64,000 bases of DNA from the human T2T-CHM13v2.0 reference genome, Homo sapiens: the NCBI RefSeq assembly GCF_009914755.1, contig NC_060925.1. One strand, written 5' to 3'. The position numbers were made by a program, and so were the translations under genes. How positions within the stretch are numbered: position 1 is the first letter of the stretch; each line of letters opens with the position of its first letter. The notes under the pieces were generated by a model, which was not told where the DNA came from, did not search any database, and worked only from the letters and a program-made list of their open reading frames with translations. Shown piece after piece: positions 42,178 to 55,919 of the stretch.

Positions 42178-42208
42178 GGTGTGTGTGTGTGCGTGTGTGT
42201 GTGTGTGT
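42116..42208. repeat. Compound (CT)n-(GT)n microsatellite
   Basis: Direct reading. Confidence 0.95.
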
Positions 42209-42429
42209 GAGAGGGAGAGAGATCCAAAAAGAGAAAACTTTGTAAAGATTTGGTTCCATTTTGTCTGAGAAAGACTGGATTGGCATTCCTCATCTGTATG
42301 AAACACTTCTCAACAGATTCCATACAATATATCGCTTGGAAAATTCAAGAGCTGCCAGGTCTCTAGCTCTTGCTAGCATTTGGTTAGCATTTCACTGTAT
42401 ATAAGATCCTTACTCCTCCCCTCCCCCCC

Positions 42430-42740
42430 CATTTTTTCAACATTTACTGAGCACCTATAATGTCCCACGCACTGTAATAAGTATTAGAAATATTGCATCA
42501 GATAAGGTCTGGTCCGTGCCCCCTATGAGCTTATAGTTTAGCAGAGATAGACATATGAACCCTAAATCAGCTGCATGTTATGGCTTCTGCGATGGAGTCA
42601 GGATCAAGGCAGGATATAGAAGGGTCACAAGGATGAACTTGTCAGCTCAGTGGGTAAAGAAAAACATCATGGGAGATATGAACTATAAGCTGAATAGTGG
42701 CAGATGAGTAGATATTCATCACTTAGAATAGACTTGGAGA
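42430..42740 (-). mobile_element. L2 3' fragment
   Basis: ttcaacatttactgagcacctataatgtcc...gagcttatagtttag. Confidence 0.65.
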
Positions 42741-43719
42741 GAGAAGTTATAATAATCAATTTTGCTCCTTTGAACCCTTCAGGTGTGTGTGGTGCGTATG
42801 AGAAAGTCAGTTGGATCTTAGCATTTATTTATAATAATATTCATAAGCACAATCTATAGCTAACATTACCAGCCTAGTTTTTGAATTTGAAAATGTGAGA
42901 AAATAAGTGTTTGGTAAAATTCAACTTCCCTGCTTCCTCCTATATATGAGAATTTGTGTGATAAGAATAATTATAATATAAATTAGACTTTAAGTATTCA
43001 AATGTTTTTATTGGGTCAGGGCAGATTAAATATGTGCCACCTGAATTATGTACCAGAGAGGCCCTGGAACTGTGACTCTGGGAAAGGTATCAGTAAAATT
43101 AAATTTAGAAGATATTCAGAGAGATGGATATTTCAGAAAATGTAAGAGACTACAGAGAGAACAGCAAGTTAGCTCGATGCAGTCTTTGCTGTGAGCATCA
43201 AAATAAGGAAATGCATGAACTGGTCAGACATAGTCCATCAGAAAAGGCTTGATTCCAAAGAGAAGGTACTCGTGGTTTTATCTAGACAGACAAAAAGAGG
43301 CTTGAGAGGATAATGTAATGAAAAGATGCTTGACAAAATTTAGGGATGGATAATACACTAATTTGTGTTTTTGAAAGCTATCGAGAGAGCAAGGTAATGT
43401 AGCCTTTCAAGTGAGGGCCATATTTTATTCACCACTGTTTTTCCAGTGCCAATCATAGACCTGGAAAATGGTTGTGCAAAAGGTATTTGTTGAATGAATA
43501 AATGAAAGAAATAAAGCAGATGGGTTGCATGTTTGCAACCAAAGAGTGGATTAAAAAATGTTTATTAGCCAACCAGAGAGTGAAATATAAAGTAATGTCT
43601 TTTAGAAACTGTTGATGGATTTAATCAGATCAAACTTACATAAATAATGAGAAACAGCTTGCTTTTATAGAGTTGCCACTCAAATGGATTCTGACATCCC
43701 TAAGAAGAAATTTATTCCC

Positions 43720-43890
43720 TTTTCCTTCCCTTTCCTTCCATTTCCTTTCCTTTCCTTTCCTTTCCTTTCCTTTCCTTTCCTTTCCTTTCCTTTCCTTTCC
43801 TTTCCTTTCCTTTCCTTTCCTTCCTTCTTCCCTCCCTCCCTCTCTTCCTTCCTTCCTCCCTCCCTCCTTGCCTGCCTCTCTTCCCCCACC
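43720..43890. repeat. (TTTCC)16 core (43741-43820) within a polypyrimidine tract
   Basis: Direct reading. Confidence 0.95.
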
Positions 43891-45018
43891 TTTTTTAGTT
43901 CTTTTTAATATTTTTGTTTTTATTTCAGATATATTGTTGTGTCAATTGCTTTCTTTAATTTCACTCTTTCCTCTTCTCTCTTTCTTTCTTTTCCCTTCTC
44001 TTTTCACCTTTTCTCCCCTCCTCTCCTTCCCGCTTTCTCTTCTACTCTTATGTGTTGTGACAAAGATAGTATTGAAAATAAACAAAATGAAGCATAGTCC
44101 AAATGGTTTAACGTAAAGGATGAAAATATTAACCCTGTGCTCTGGGTTGTGGTCAACAGAGTTCCAGCAGCAAGTTTCAGAGCACTATGGGGCCTTCTGT
44201 TAGGGTGAGGGGAAGCAGTGTTCTCTAAGCCTGCCTTATCAGCACATTTATTCAAGAAATATTTAATGCACAGTTATTGTGTGCTTGGTACTGTGTTAAG
44301 TGCTATGAGGAATACAAAGCTCCCTGTCCTTTAGGAAACTTAAGAGGTCATATATGGGTCTAGAATCTAGACTCTAGATATACACATAAATATAATATCA
44401 AATGGAAAGTCATGCCATGAGAGAGGAGCCAATTCCATAATAAAGTTGTTTTTATCCTGGCAGACCAAAATTGAAGTTGGATCTATTCAGGTTTACATTT
44501 CCAGGAAAAATATACATTTGTATTATTAATAACAATTGTCCAGGATCAGGAAGCCCTTTCTAATAACTGACATAAATCCTTATGGGGTAAGAACCCAATT
44601 TATTTTCCATTGTTTCAATACTTTTGATTAAATTCTTAATTTGAAGGGTTTAACTCAAAATAACAGCCTACAAAATTCCAATAAATAGAATTGGTGAGCC
44701 TGTCGGGATATCTTTCCTTAATTCACTCTTGACATATTTTACAATGTAGCTAACTTTCTAGAATGTAGTTAAGGGATCACCTTACATTATTCTTAAATTG
44801 TTGTGTGTATTTGATGAAAAGTTAAAGCTGTTTTTTTTTTTTAAATTCAGGCCACTAGAGTTCTACTATTTTTTAAGAACCAGGTCTGTTCTAGTTGAAT
44901 CTTTTTTTTTTTTTTCAAGATAGGAAGTAATAATCTACAACAAGTATTGGGGATTAAAATGGGTCAAATAGAGAATCTTCATGGAAATAAGTGGAAGAAA
45001 CCCCTTAACGAACTAACA

Positions 45019-45023
<5 letters not shown>

Positions 45024-45075
<52 letters not shown>

Positions 45076-45095
45076 ACACACGTGCACACGCACAT
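45024..45095. repeat. Compound (CT)n-(CA)n microsatellite
   Basis: Direct reading. Confidence 0.93.
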
Positions 45096-48000
45096 GCATC
45101 TCTCACATTTTTCTGCAACTGAGACTTCTAGAATTTTTATATCATCAAAAGGCTTACCTTCTGCAGAAAGCCCTTGACCCTGAGGTGTCTTGGGAAATTT
45201 TAGGACTTGGCCTAATCCTATATATATGCCAGACAAATTTTGACAGCCTTATTGCTTTTCATCATGAAGTGATCCTGGAACTTTTCCTAAATATTCAGGC
45301 ATGTTAACACCAGCATCTTGATTCACTTCCAACCCAACCTTCAATTTATTCCACTTAGGCTAGTCACAGCATTTTTCCCCAGTCCTTCTGTGACCCAAGC
45401 AATTCTGGGAGACTGCAATGTGTGCTGTTAATATTTGTAGCATTCTCAGGAGACAGAAGCTATAGAAAAGCTAAATACCATGGTTTTGTTATTACTACTA
45501 ATTACAGGGCTCTACCTCAAAGGAATCAGGGTGAGAAGAGATGAATTAGCATTGATAAATGACTCGCAAAATAGAAAATGCTGTAGAAAGGTTCTAAATA
45601 TACTATAAAGAGTGGAGACAGCATGCAAGTGTGATTAGGGAGGTGGGGTCAAAGAGAGAAACACTGGAATACGGGTGTACTTAGGGTCAGTATGACCAAA
45701 TTCTAGTATGATGTAATTTCCTGCACATACCAATCTCAGAGGCAGGCTCTCAGGAAAGAGGATATTTGATATGGCAGTACAGCCTTTCTTATGAAGGGTA
45801 CCAGGAAAGAACAACAGTTGACTTTTTTGCTGGGCTGTGATCTTCCACTTTCCCTATCCACCAGCCCCCACTAAAATCAATAATCACTGTTGTAAATAAT
45901 TTGGAAATGTATGTTGTTAGATAAAACTTACTCAGCTAGACTCTTAAAAGAAAAACTATTAGAAATAAGAAATTTGATAGTGTGGATAGTATGATGGAAG
46001 CTGACAATTTATTATTTAAAATTTCTTTGGAAGTTGGATCGAAAAGATGAGAAGCTCAGACCTTGAATCAGACTAAATTTACAAGAGGAGACACAAGATC
46101 GAGGGACATTTATTCTCTAAGAAATCTGATCCGAATGGGGAAAATGAGATGTAGCGGCAAGGCAATGGGTCTGCATAGTATACAACTCAGGCAAGGTTTG
46201 TGCCCACAAAGAAAAATGGTTGGGAGCAATAATTCCATCTTATTTATACATATTTTATTACTAGTTTTTTTTTCATGTTTTCACCACACAGAGATTCCAT
46301 GAAGCAAAGAGAGGCTTAGTTTTGTAAAGAACTTTGCAATTTTCCTGGAGGAAAGTTGTCGCCACGAAGGACTTTATTACCACATACTTTGGTTTCCAGG
46401 TGCAAGTGAGTCCAAACCCCAGGTGCAAATATATCCAAATTTCAGCACCATAAGGTTTCAGTTTCTCACTTGTGTTTTTTTTATAGTACCTGCCAACACA
46501 TGAAACACGGTAGAAAGGTTTGATCAATTTTTTAAAATGAATTTAGGAAAAAATAGTAACTTACAGAAACTTTGAATTCAGAGTTGAAAGAGAGCTTATA
46601 AATGATCAAACCAAACCTATTCTGGGAGCCGAAATTCCTTCTCCAGTATTCCTGGCAGACAGGATCCAGCCTTGCTTCAAGATTTTCACACAGAACAGCT
46701 GTTTTCGTTGTAGAGTGGAAATGATTCTTATGAAATTTATATGAAAATTCTGTGAATGTCTATGTGTATGTGCATGCAAAATTTATATTTCCATCTAGGA
46801 GAGGCATATTCCCTATATAATTGCATTTGCTTATTCAAAAGCTAGTCACACGGGTTGAGAAGTATGAGGGTACTTATGGGGAAAATAAGACAGAATTAGG
46901 ATAGTACTTTAAATCTGGGAAATGTGCCCACAGTATTTACCGCTGTTTTAAGAAAGCATATTTATGCTTTTAGTACCAAGCAGATCTTCTTGTTGATTCA
47001 GGACTTCTGCTATTTTACAATGAAAGCAGATTGTAAATGAAACTTTACTGATTTCCCTTTTTCCTTTTCCTGTAGTAATCAAATGCTCTCAGCCACTGGA
47101 TCTAATGAGTAACAGCTGTGCTTGAAGTGGCCTTATAGATAAAAATTAAAAGTATGATAACATCTAAGGATTTTGTTGTTTTTAAAATAACGGTAGACTT
47201 AAGAATTAAGAGGAGGCTAAAGGCATCAATGCTTCTAATATGTCAGTCAGCCTCTTCATGTAGTAAGTTGGAGAAACTGACATAGTCTAACAATCCGATG
47301 CATTGGGAGATATGCTGTGGTGATCTGACCTTACTTGTAGTTGCAAAGACTTGCACTGGAAGAGTCTATCTCCTCAGTGATGGTGGAGATGGTTTGCTAA
47401 ATGTCCGTGAAGGCCTGATTTGCAAGATATCCGATGTTGTTATGATTAAATGCAACAACCATACCCCATGAACTATTAGAGACAGAAGGAGCTAGAGAGG
47501 GTGCCCTTCCAAATCTCTTACTGGCAAAATGAGGAAACTGAAGTGATTTGCACAAGATCAGCCAGCTAGCTGCACAACTGTGACTGGAAACTGAGCCCCT
47601 ACATAATGCTTATTATGTCCCACCAATGGCTTTCCCATAGCTGCATTATGGTTGTAGACACTCTAAACGAGATGCTATTTTAATACTACATACCTAAGGT
47701 TCAATCAGTTGGATGTTTTTCTCTTTTTACCAAAACCTTTTTAGAACATATTTGACACTAGTGTCATTTGTCTGTTGACATACGCTTGGTGGAAGGAGTA
47801 ATTGTCCAGGGGTAGAAAGGCTATTCTTCTCTGCTGGGGATGTGTGGGATCCTCAGTCACAGTTGAATAGAAGAGAGTATTTTCTTCTTCAGAATCAAGA
47901 CCACAATTTTTTATGTGGCCAGGCTTGAGTTTTTGCAACTTAATTAAACATATCAATTCCAATCAATTATATTTCCTATTAGTTCAAACACTTCTCCAGT

Positions 48001-49959
48001 CAACAACAAATCTGTAAAGAGTCCCTGAGTGCCTGCCCTCACTCTCACACACTTTTCTTTGTGTGATCAGTATGAACGTGCATCTTTTCCTTCAAATATC
48101 GTGATCCCCATCCTTCTTTTCTCTTTTCTCTTCTTTTCCTGGGTATGCTTTTTTTCCCCCCTCTCTATTCTCTGAGACCTTTGATGGAACCTTTATTGAA
48201 TGCATAGCACATGCTTGGAGCAATTTAGGATGACTTTTCTAGGATCATCCAGATGTCCAGTGTGGAGAAATAAAATAAAACATGCTTTTCTCTACATTTC
48301 AACATAAAGGCTTTGTTTGGCCTTTTAGTTTTCTCTATCTTTAGCAGTAGACATGTCCAAAGACCAGTACAGAAAAAGAGACAGAAGGGATCAGCATGTG
48401 CCTCACACCTGCACTGGTCACTCATTCAAGGTGCAAGGTAGGCAGGAGCAAAGGAGAGAGTGACACATGAAAAGTATCCGGGCCATATGGCAGTAGGACA
48501 AGCCAGGCATGCTTGTCTAGGTCTATTTGTAAACCCTGTGGGTGTTATCCCCACACTGCAAGAATAGTGATAAATACGTCATTAACCATGACCAGCAGAG
48601 ATATGTCTATATTAGAGAAAAAGAGGCAACCCTGAATCTTAACATTATATTTTACGTCCTACATTGCCTATTCTCTAGTGTGCGGTTCTCAGAGAGGAAT
48701 GTGCCACAGTATTCCAATAGTTATGAAAAGATAACATAAGGTGCAGCCAGCAGTCCAGAAGAGATGTGGTCAAGATTTGTCAAACTATTTGAAGTCGTTT
48801 ATAAGTAAAAATACCTCACTCAATGATTCTTACGAATTCAATTTTCCAGTTAAAAAAAGGGCAAAGAACACATTTTGCCATTTGTGCTAGAGATTAATAT
48901 CCCTTTATTTACATGCAAATTACTTTAAAAGGTAGGAAAACCTATAAAATTTTAAAGGTTCCACACTGGGGGCTTACACTAAGAGTCTTTGTCAAATAAA
49001 ATGAATTCTCACAAATCTGCTTTGAGCTACTTTCTTTGCTTCTAAGCACAGCCTCTCTTAGAGGAAGGAAACAGTAAAGTTCTCACAGAGAAAGAAAACG
49101 TTTACCACTCAGTAAAAATCCCTGGGCCTCACTGTATGAAAGCTTTAATTTAGCTCGGCTCATTCCTCCATGAGTTAATTTAGAACACCAATGAAAGGAG
49201 ATTATTTTTGGACTGAGAATCTGCCTGGCACATTTTTTGAACTTAATAGAGCTAAATAAAACTATCCAAACTCCTGTGATTTTTGGAGGAGGTCATCTAC
49301 AAGCGATAGCCCTGTGATAGTTTTCATGAACATAGCAGACCAAACGTGAAGGAACATTCTCTAATCTGGAGAGATTAGGGGCCTCATACATGAATAGAGC
49401 CACTTCTTAAATACACATTAACTGGAAAAGATATGGAATGTGAACATGCATGCACACGCTCTCCAGGCAGGAGACAGCCAGGAGAAATGGAAAGCGCAGA
49501 GGCCTAGGAGTAAGATAAGCCATGTCTTTCTTAGCTTTGGCTGTGCTGGGGAACTAATTTCCATTGGGAAAACAGCTTCATCTCTTTGAGCATTAGTTAC
49601 TTTTGTAAAATGGGAACAATGATCTCCCTTGAAGGGTTATAATATTGCATGTGTAAAAGTTTTATAAATACATAATCTTCCAAGTGTGATATTTTTGTTT
49701 TGATTTATTGACTTGCCTGTATTTTCTATTTTCTTATAATAATACATGTAAGACAAGCTTATCTTAAAGAATTAGAGAACTATATAGAAAGGAAGATAAG
49801 GGAAAAAGTCTTCATTATTGCATCATTCAGAGGTTTTTCTTCTAATCTTTGCATTATTCAAAGGCACTTTCTTCCAATCTTTTGCTGAACATTTTCTTAT
49901 ATAGTTAAGAATACACCATATTTGCAGCTGGAATCCTTAAAAAAAGATATATTTTATGT

Positions 49960-50206
49960 ATCTGTAAATATACATATATTTATATATGCATATATATACA
50001 TATACAAATATCTATACACATATATAGATATATAAATATATACATATATAAATATATATACATATATAGATATATAAATATATACATATAAAGATATATA
50101 AATATGTATATATAAATATGTAGAAATATATCTCTGTATAAATATATAGATATACAAATATGTATATCTATATATACATATATAAATAGATCTAGATCTA
50201 TATATA
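49960..50206. repeat. Degenerate (TA)n-rich low-complexity tract
   Basis: About 245 bp of TA/TACA/TAGA/TAAA units. Confidence 0.93.
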
Positions 50207-52063
50207 AATCACTGTGTTCTTTTGTATTATTAAAAGGCCTTTATATAACATAATTTTTAATACTGCATATTCCACCTCCCCATCATCATCATCTTTATCT
50301 TTGTTAGTATCATCTCCAAGATCAGTATCATCATCATTTGTTAAACACTATGAGCCAAATCTTATGTAAGTGGTTTACACATATTACGCTATTTTACTTT
50401 ATTCTCAAGAATTATTCACATTTGTAAATGGAGACAAATATAGCCAACAAAAACAAAAATATTGAAGAGAAAAATAATCATCTGTAAGCTTTGTGCCTCT
50501 GAGAGAAACTCCAGGACCATTTCAAACCAACTTAACTGGCAACAAGGTGACAGAAACACTGATTATTACCTTGTACTTTTTTGGAAAGTTAAAGCTAAAT
50601 AAGGCTATATACTTATATATGTTTCTTGAAAGAGATTTCTTATCATTATATAACCACTTGAGAAAAACACTTTTTAAAAAAATTAAAAACTGAAAAACAA
50701 AGCGTCTCTTTATTTTTCGGATCCTAAAGAATGGAATCATTTAAAGATGGGGAAATGCTTCAGCTCAATGCAAAAAGGCTTCTTCCAAGAATACATAGGC
50801 ACTATTCAGGGTTTAGAAAGTTGTTTTAGAATCACAGTAGAGGCCTTTTGCGTATTAAAATAGACTATTTTTTTTCCTGACCATTTAGCCTTGCAAAGCA
50901 GCTGAGAGGAGTAACACCGTATTATTTCTTCAGCTTTCAGATATCTATCTAGTAATTTCCATTTTCATCCACAGAACACATTCAGAGCAGAATTGGCGTA
51001 AAGTTGTTGCTGATTTGATTTGGCCAATGATTCTTAAGAAATGACGGTGGCACAACTGTCACATCTTTCTGCCAAAACCTTGTCAGTCCAGCAGTCTCCA
51101 CTAGATGAGGTGAAGGGAGACGAGGGCTGGAGATAGGAGAGTCAGTCCTGAGAGGGGAGGAGGGTGGCTAAGGAAGTGTCAAGGGGGTCTCTGGAGAAGG
51201 GGCCCCGGGCTATTAGCTAGCTGTCTAATCCTCCCCTCAGCAAGGCCTTTTGGCTGCCAAGACTGTTATCCTGTGTGCAGTGTTGATGGTCTGTGATCCT
51301 TTGTCAGAGTAATTGACGGTGAAGTCTGCACTTTTGCAGCTAATGATAAATAGGGCTTTTAAAGGTTGTAATTTCTTGTTTAACTGATGCCAGTTGCAAA
51401 TACTTTGTGCTGAGGAATAATTCCTCTCTGCCAAATAAAATACAGTGGAAGTCTGTGGTGTGTTTTTCAGCTTATTGTTAGTCACAGCTTTCCTGACAGA
51501 GCACTTTCTATGCAGGAGATAAATGCTCAGGCCGTACGGCTGCCAATTTCAGCACATAAAGGACTTTTCTGTGGAAAAGACTTTTCTGTTTCTCTAGTGA
51601 ACATTAATAAGGATTTTTATTTATTTTACTTTTTATTTTATTATTTTACAAAACCCTTTCAGAGGGGCAAATGTTTACTTCCTTGGAATGAGAATTATTT
51701 GAGTTTTTAAATGGGTCTCATTTCTTTCTCTGTCCCATTCATGAGCTCTAGTTTGCACACAGCTCCTCTAGATAAATGGCAAGAAGATGGCTCTCTAGTC
51801 TGTTCACAGAAAACTGTATTATGGGCAATGGGATTGGGGAAAGGCTTCCCCAAGGGTCTGTGCACCACAAGACTGAAGGGAAAATTATAGTAAAAGGGGC
51901 CAGAGGATGGCAAAAATGAGAGAAATCAGGTTCCTATGGGCTCAAAGAAAGATTGGCTTGCTTGGATGTAAACTGAGATTCATACCTTTCACAATGAAAC
52001 AAAGCAACACAAAAGTGCACCGAGAAATACCAGTGTGCCTCAAAAGTGCAAGTGAATGGATTT

Positions 52064-52331
52064 GAGAAGGAGTCTCGCTCTGTCACCTAGGCTGGAGTGT
52101 GGTGGCGTGATCTAGGCTCACTGCAACCTCCCCCTCCTGGGTTCAAGTGATTCCCCTGCCTCAGCCTGCCAAGTAGCTGGGATTACAGACGCCTGCCACC
52201 ACGCTCGGGTAATTTCTGTATTTTTAGTAGAGATGGGGCGAGGCTGGTCTTGAACTCCTGACCTCAGGTGATCTGCCAGCCTCAACCTCTCAAAGTACTG
52301 GAATTACAAGTGTGAGCCACTGAGCCCAGCC
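52064..52331 (-). mobile_element. AluS without poly(A) tail and with a ~15-bp internal deletion
   Basis: Alu body gagaaggagtctcgctc...gagcccagcc; TSD aagtgaatggattt (52050-52063) / aagcggatggattt (52332-52345). Confidence 0.9.
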
Positions 52332-54029
52332 AAGCGGATGGATTTCAAGGGTTTTCATATATATGCTTATAATCATATTTAAATGTATTGATGGGGTTAC
52401 AAACTTAAAAATGTCCTATGGCCTCCTATGGCCATTTTTTTTAAGCAAATGAAACACCATATTCAATTTTATGCATTTGGAAGTTATTTTTTTGTGTGAA
52501 TGAGTTGGTTCAAGCCAAATTCATTCATAGGAAATAATTCCTGAGCCCAGGAAGTCCAGTAGGTCTCAGGTGAAATGTTGGCAGGTGGAGGTGTTTCTAG
52601 CTAGTATAGAACCGCTGATGAGTGTGTTACTGCAGGTTCTACTATAGGGTGGAGAACCTTTAGGATATATATTCAGACCATTTGGAAAGTCCGTCAGAGC
52701 TCTTCCATACATTAAAAAATGACATGTCCTTGTGTCTTGAATTCCTGCTTTACTTATCTAGTAATTTAGATACACGTGTGTGTCATAGATTGAAAGAAAG
52801 ATGACCAGGAGAATTGAAAACAGACCTATACAGGGGAGAAAGTGGGAGATGATGGACAGAGATATTGTGGTCAAAGTTTAGCAGTCAGAGAGGCCTTGAG
52901 CATCCTATCCATTAAAAGTAGCAGACAGGCTGTATTATTAGTACTGTCCTTCTGAATCTGTAAAGCATTAATGTTTGTCTCATGCCCAGCCAAAACCAAA
53001 CTCCAAGTTACCAGGATGCTACCTGGAGACAAAACTGCCCTTATCACCCACTTTGCTGCTGAAAACCCGTTACTGACTGTCCTACCCTGGAGGATGCAGT
53101 TCAAAGAGTCTTAGCATGTTGGGAAAGGTCCTCTACCATCTGGCCCTACTTTCCCACTACGGCTTCATCTTCTCTTCTTAAAGCTCCCAAATGCTGGGCT
53201 GAGACAACATAGGGAAATCATGATCATATCACTTACCAGCACTGCATTCCTGAGAAGTCTATTTTTCTGAACTCTTGAAATTAGGACAGTGACATAGTTT
53301 TTCATAGGGCTGTTATGAGGAATAAATGAGGTAAAAATCCACTTTTAGGAATGAGTAATACTGCCTTTATCACCCTGCTCTGTCCATTACAAACAGTATT
53401 TTTCCACTGGTCAAAATGTGTATTTTTCCATCAAAATCTAGTGCAATTAGTTCCTCTTCTTTATGACTCATCTATTATCTCATCTATTAAGTTACAGTTG
53501 ATCCTTCCTTTGCATCACAGCTTTACAATATATATCCTCCATTATCTTACATAACTCATTTTTGAAGTTACTTGCTTATATATCTGTTTTTCTTCACTAA
53601 ATTTTGAGCTCCTTGTGGGAAAGATTGACCTTTCATACTTACCAGCCAGTACTCATCACCAGTAGTAAGCATATATTACATTAAATAGAAAGAAAACACA
53701 ACATAGGAACTCTGAATTGTGATTTGTCATTGCAACTTAATTTGAATTCCATGGTTTAAAGGCTCATATAATCCTTGGGCATGAAATCAGTTTAACTTGT
53801 GGGCATCTGATCATTCCATTTCTACTCAGGCCAAATGTTTTGCTTGTTTTGTTCAAGAATTACAAATTTAGAGTTTATGAAATTTTATTTCCAAAAACTA
53901 TTAAGAAGTAGAAGAATTTTTTTAAGGAAAGATTTTATTCGAAAGGGTTATTGCAACAGGGAGAATGCTTCAACTACAAGTTTTACAAATGTCCTAAAGT
54001 CAGACAGAAAATATATTTTATTATATTAT

Positions 54030-54742
54030 TATTTTTAATTGACACATTGTAATTGTACTTGTTTATACAGTACAGCATGATATTCTGATACATGCATGCA
54101 ATGTCATGATCAAATCAGAGTAATTATTAATAGCATATCCATCATCTGAAACATTTATCTTTTTTTGTGTTGGGAACACTCAAAATCCTCTTTTCTATTT
54201 GAAGATATACATAAATTATTTTATAGTCACCCGATAGCACTATAGAACAACAGTCCCCAACCTTTTTGACACCAGGGACCGGTTTCATGGAAGTCAATTT
54301 TTCCATGGATGGGGGAAGGCGGGGGGAGGGGGCGAGAATGGTTTTGGAATGAAACTTCCTCCTCGGCTCATCAGGCATTAATTTAAATTATCATAAGGAA
54401 CCTGCAACCTAGATCCCGCGCATGCGCAGTTCACAATAGGGTTTCTACTCGTATAAGAATCTAATGCTACCGCTGATTTGACAGGAGGCGGAGCTCAGGC
54501 AGTAATGCTCACTCACCTGCCTCACACCTCCTGCTGTGTGGCCCTGTTCCTATCAGGCCACGGACTGTTACCGGTCCATGGCTCTGGGGGTTGGAGACTA
54601 GAACACTAGTTGGAACTAGAACACTAGAATTACTCCTCTTATCTAGCTGTAATTTTGTATCTGTTATTAACCAACCTCTCCCTGTCCTCCCCTCCCCTCA
54701 CCCTTTCAAGCCTCTAATAACCACAATTGTACTCTCTACTTG
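54030..54742 (-). mobile_element. L1MA-type 3' end, interrupted by MER1B
   Basis: tttttaattgacaca..taattgtac...gatcaaatcagagtaatt...ctagctgtaattttgtatc...ccaacctctccc...cctctaataaccacaattgtactctctact. Confidence 0.8.
54248..54598 (-). mobile_element. MER1B hAT-Charlie DNA transposon
   Basis: gtccccaaccttttt.acaccagggaccggtttcatggaag...cgcatgcgcagttcacaatagggt...gacaggaggcggagctcaggc...ggccacggac...gggggttgg matches the reverse MER1B consensus. Confidence 0.9.
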
Positions 54743-55569
54743 GAAGAACTTTTAAGAAGTGGGTTTGTCGGACTCCTCCCTATGGAGTTGGCAGTGCTGT
54801 ACAATGGGTGTGTGTGCAGGCAAAGCAGATCCATATCTCTGTTAACAAATGTAATTTATAACAAGTAAAAAGAGAACTATTCAACTTAATTTCTTTAGAG
54901 TGAGGGTAACTAGTTCCCAGGATTGAGGCTTTTACCCGTGTTCATGTAAGAACGTATCACATGTTTTCCATTCTTCTATCACATGAGCACCCTCTAAAGG
55001 GTAAACGCTCAAATTTAAAATTTTAGTTTTATGGTACTTAAGGCAAAAAGACAATATAATGTGGGTCTCCCATAAATGGCAATAGCAGAGTGTTTTTAAA
55101 ACTTGGAAAGTGTTTTTTAAAACCCAGAAAGCTAGGTTGCAGCATTTCAATAATTTACGATGTTGGGTGAAATGGATGGGTAGATCTATGCAATTATCTT
55201 GCTCTCATTGGCTTCGTGCATAATTAGATTAATGCTCCCACTATTCTGAGAGGGATTTATAACCATTTGATCAAGAGAAGAACAGAAATATCTTGCAGGC
55301 TGGAACTTCAGTTTGCAAAGCCAAATCAAATGCTCAGAGGCATTTCTTTGAAGAAAACATCTCTTATGAAAATCATAGAATTGCAATCCAATCATATCAA
55401 GAAGTTTATCTGTCTATCTAATTTAATTTCTGGGTTAAAATTATACCCAATACACTGCCACGAATTCCTATCCATTTCTTAAAAGTTCTTCCACTTCTTA
55501 ATAGTTTATAGGAAGAAAATTTTATAACCTCTGAATTCTTTCAGGATCATTGGTTCTACGAATGTCAAG

Positions 55570-55765
55570 TGTTTCAGAACTTGGGCTCTGTAGCCAAACT
55601 ACCAGATGTCGTCCATTGTGTGCCCTGGGCCTGGATGATCAGCTCCCTGAGCCTTGGTCTCCTCATCTGCAAGACCTCCTAGTGTAGTGAAATACAAAAT
55701 GGTCCATGCAGAGCACTTAACAGAGGTTCTTAGCAAGTAGTTAGTACTTAATAATTGTTTGTTAT
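55570..55765 (+). mobile_element. MIR
   Basis: ccctgagccttggtctcctcatctgcaa core; gagcacttaacagag...tagtacttaataa. Confidence 0.65.
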
Positions 55766-55919
55766 TCAGAAATATTTATTAAGTACTTACTTGGTAAATC
55801 ATATTGACTTGACATTACATTAGTTCCTGGAAAGTATATAGCAAAAGTACAAAATATTGTCTCTGTCTTCACAGAGTTTATAATAATAATACATTATATA
55901 ATAGTGTTTTTTTTTTAAG

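Noticed and set aside
43673-44116. 147-aa hydrophobic ORF (FPFLS repeats); similar ERERER/HTHT ORFs at 41977-42323 and 44947-45236
   Set aside because: Translation of microsatellites
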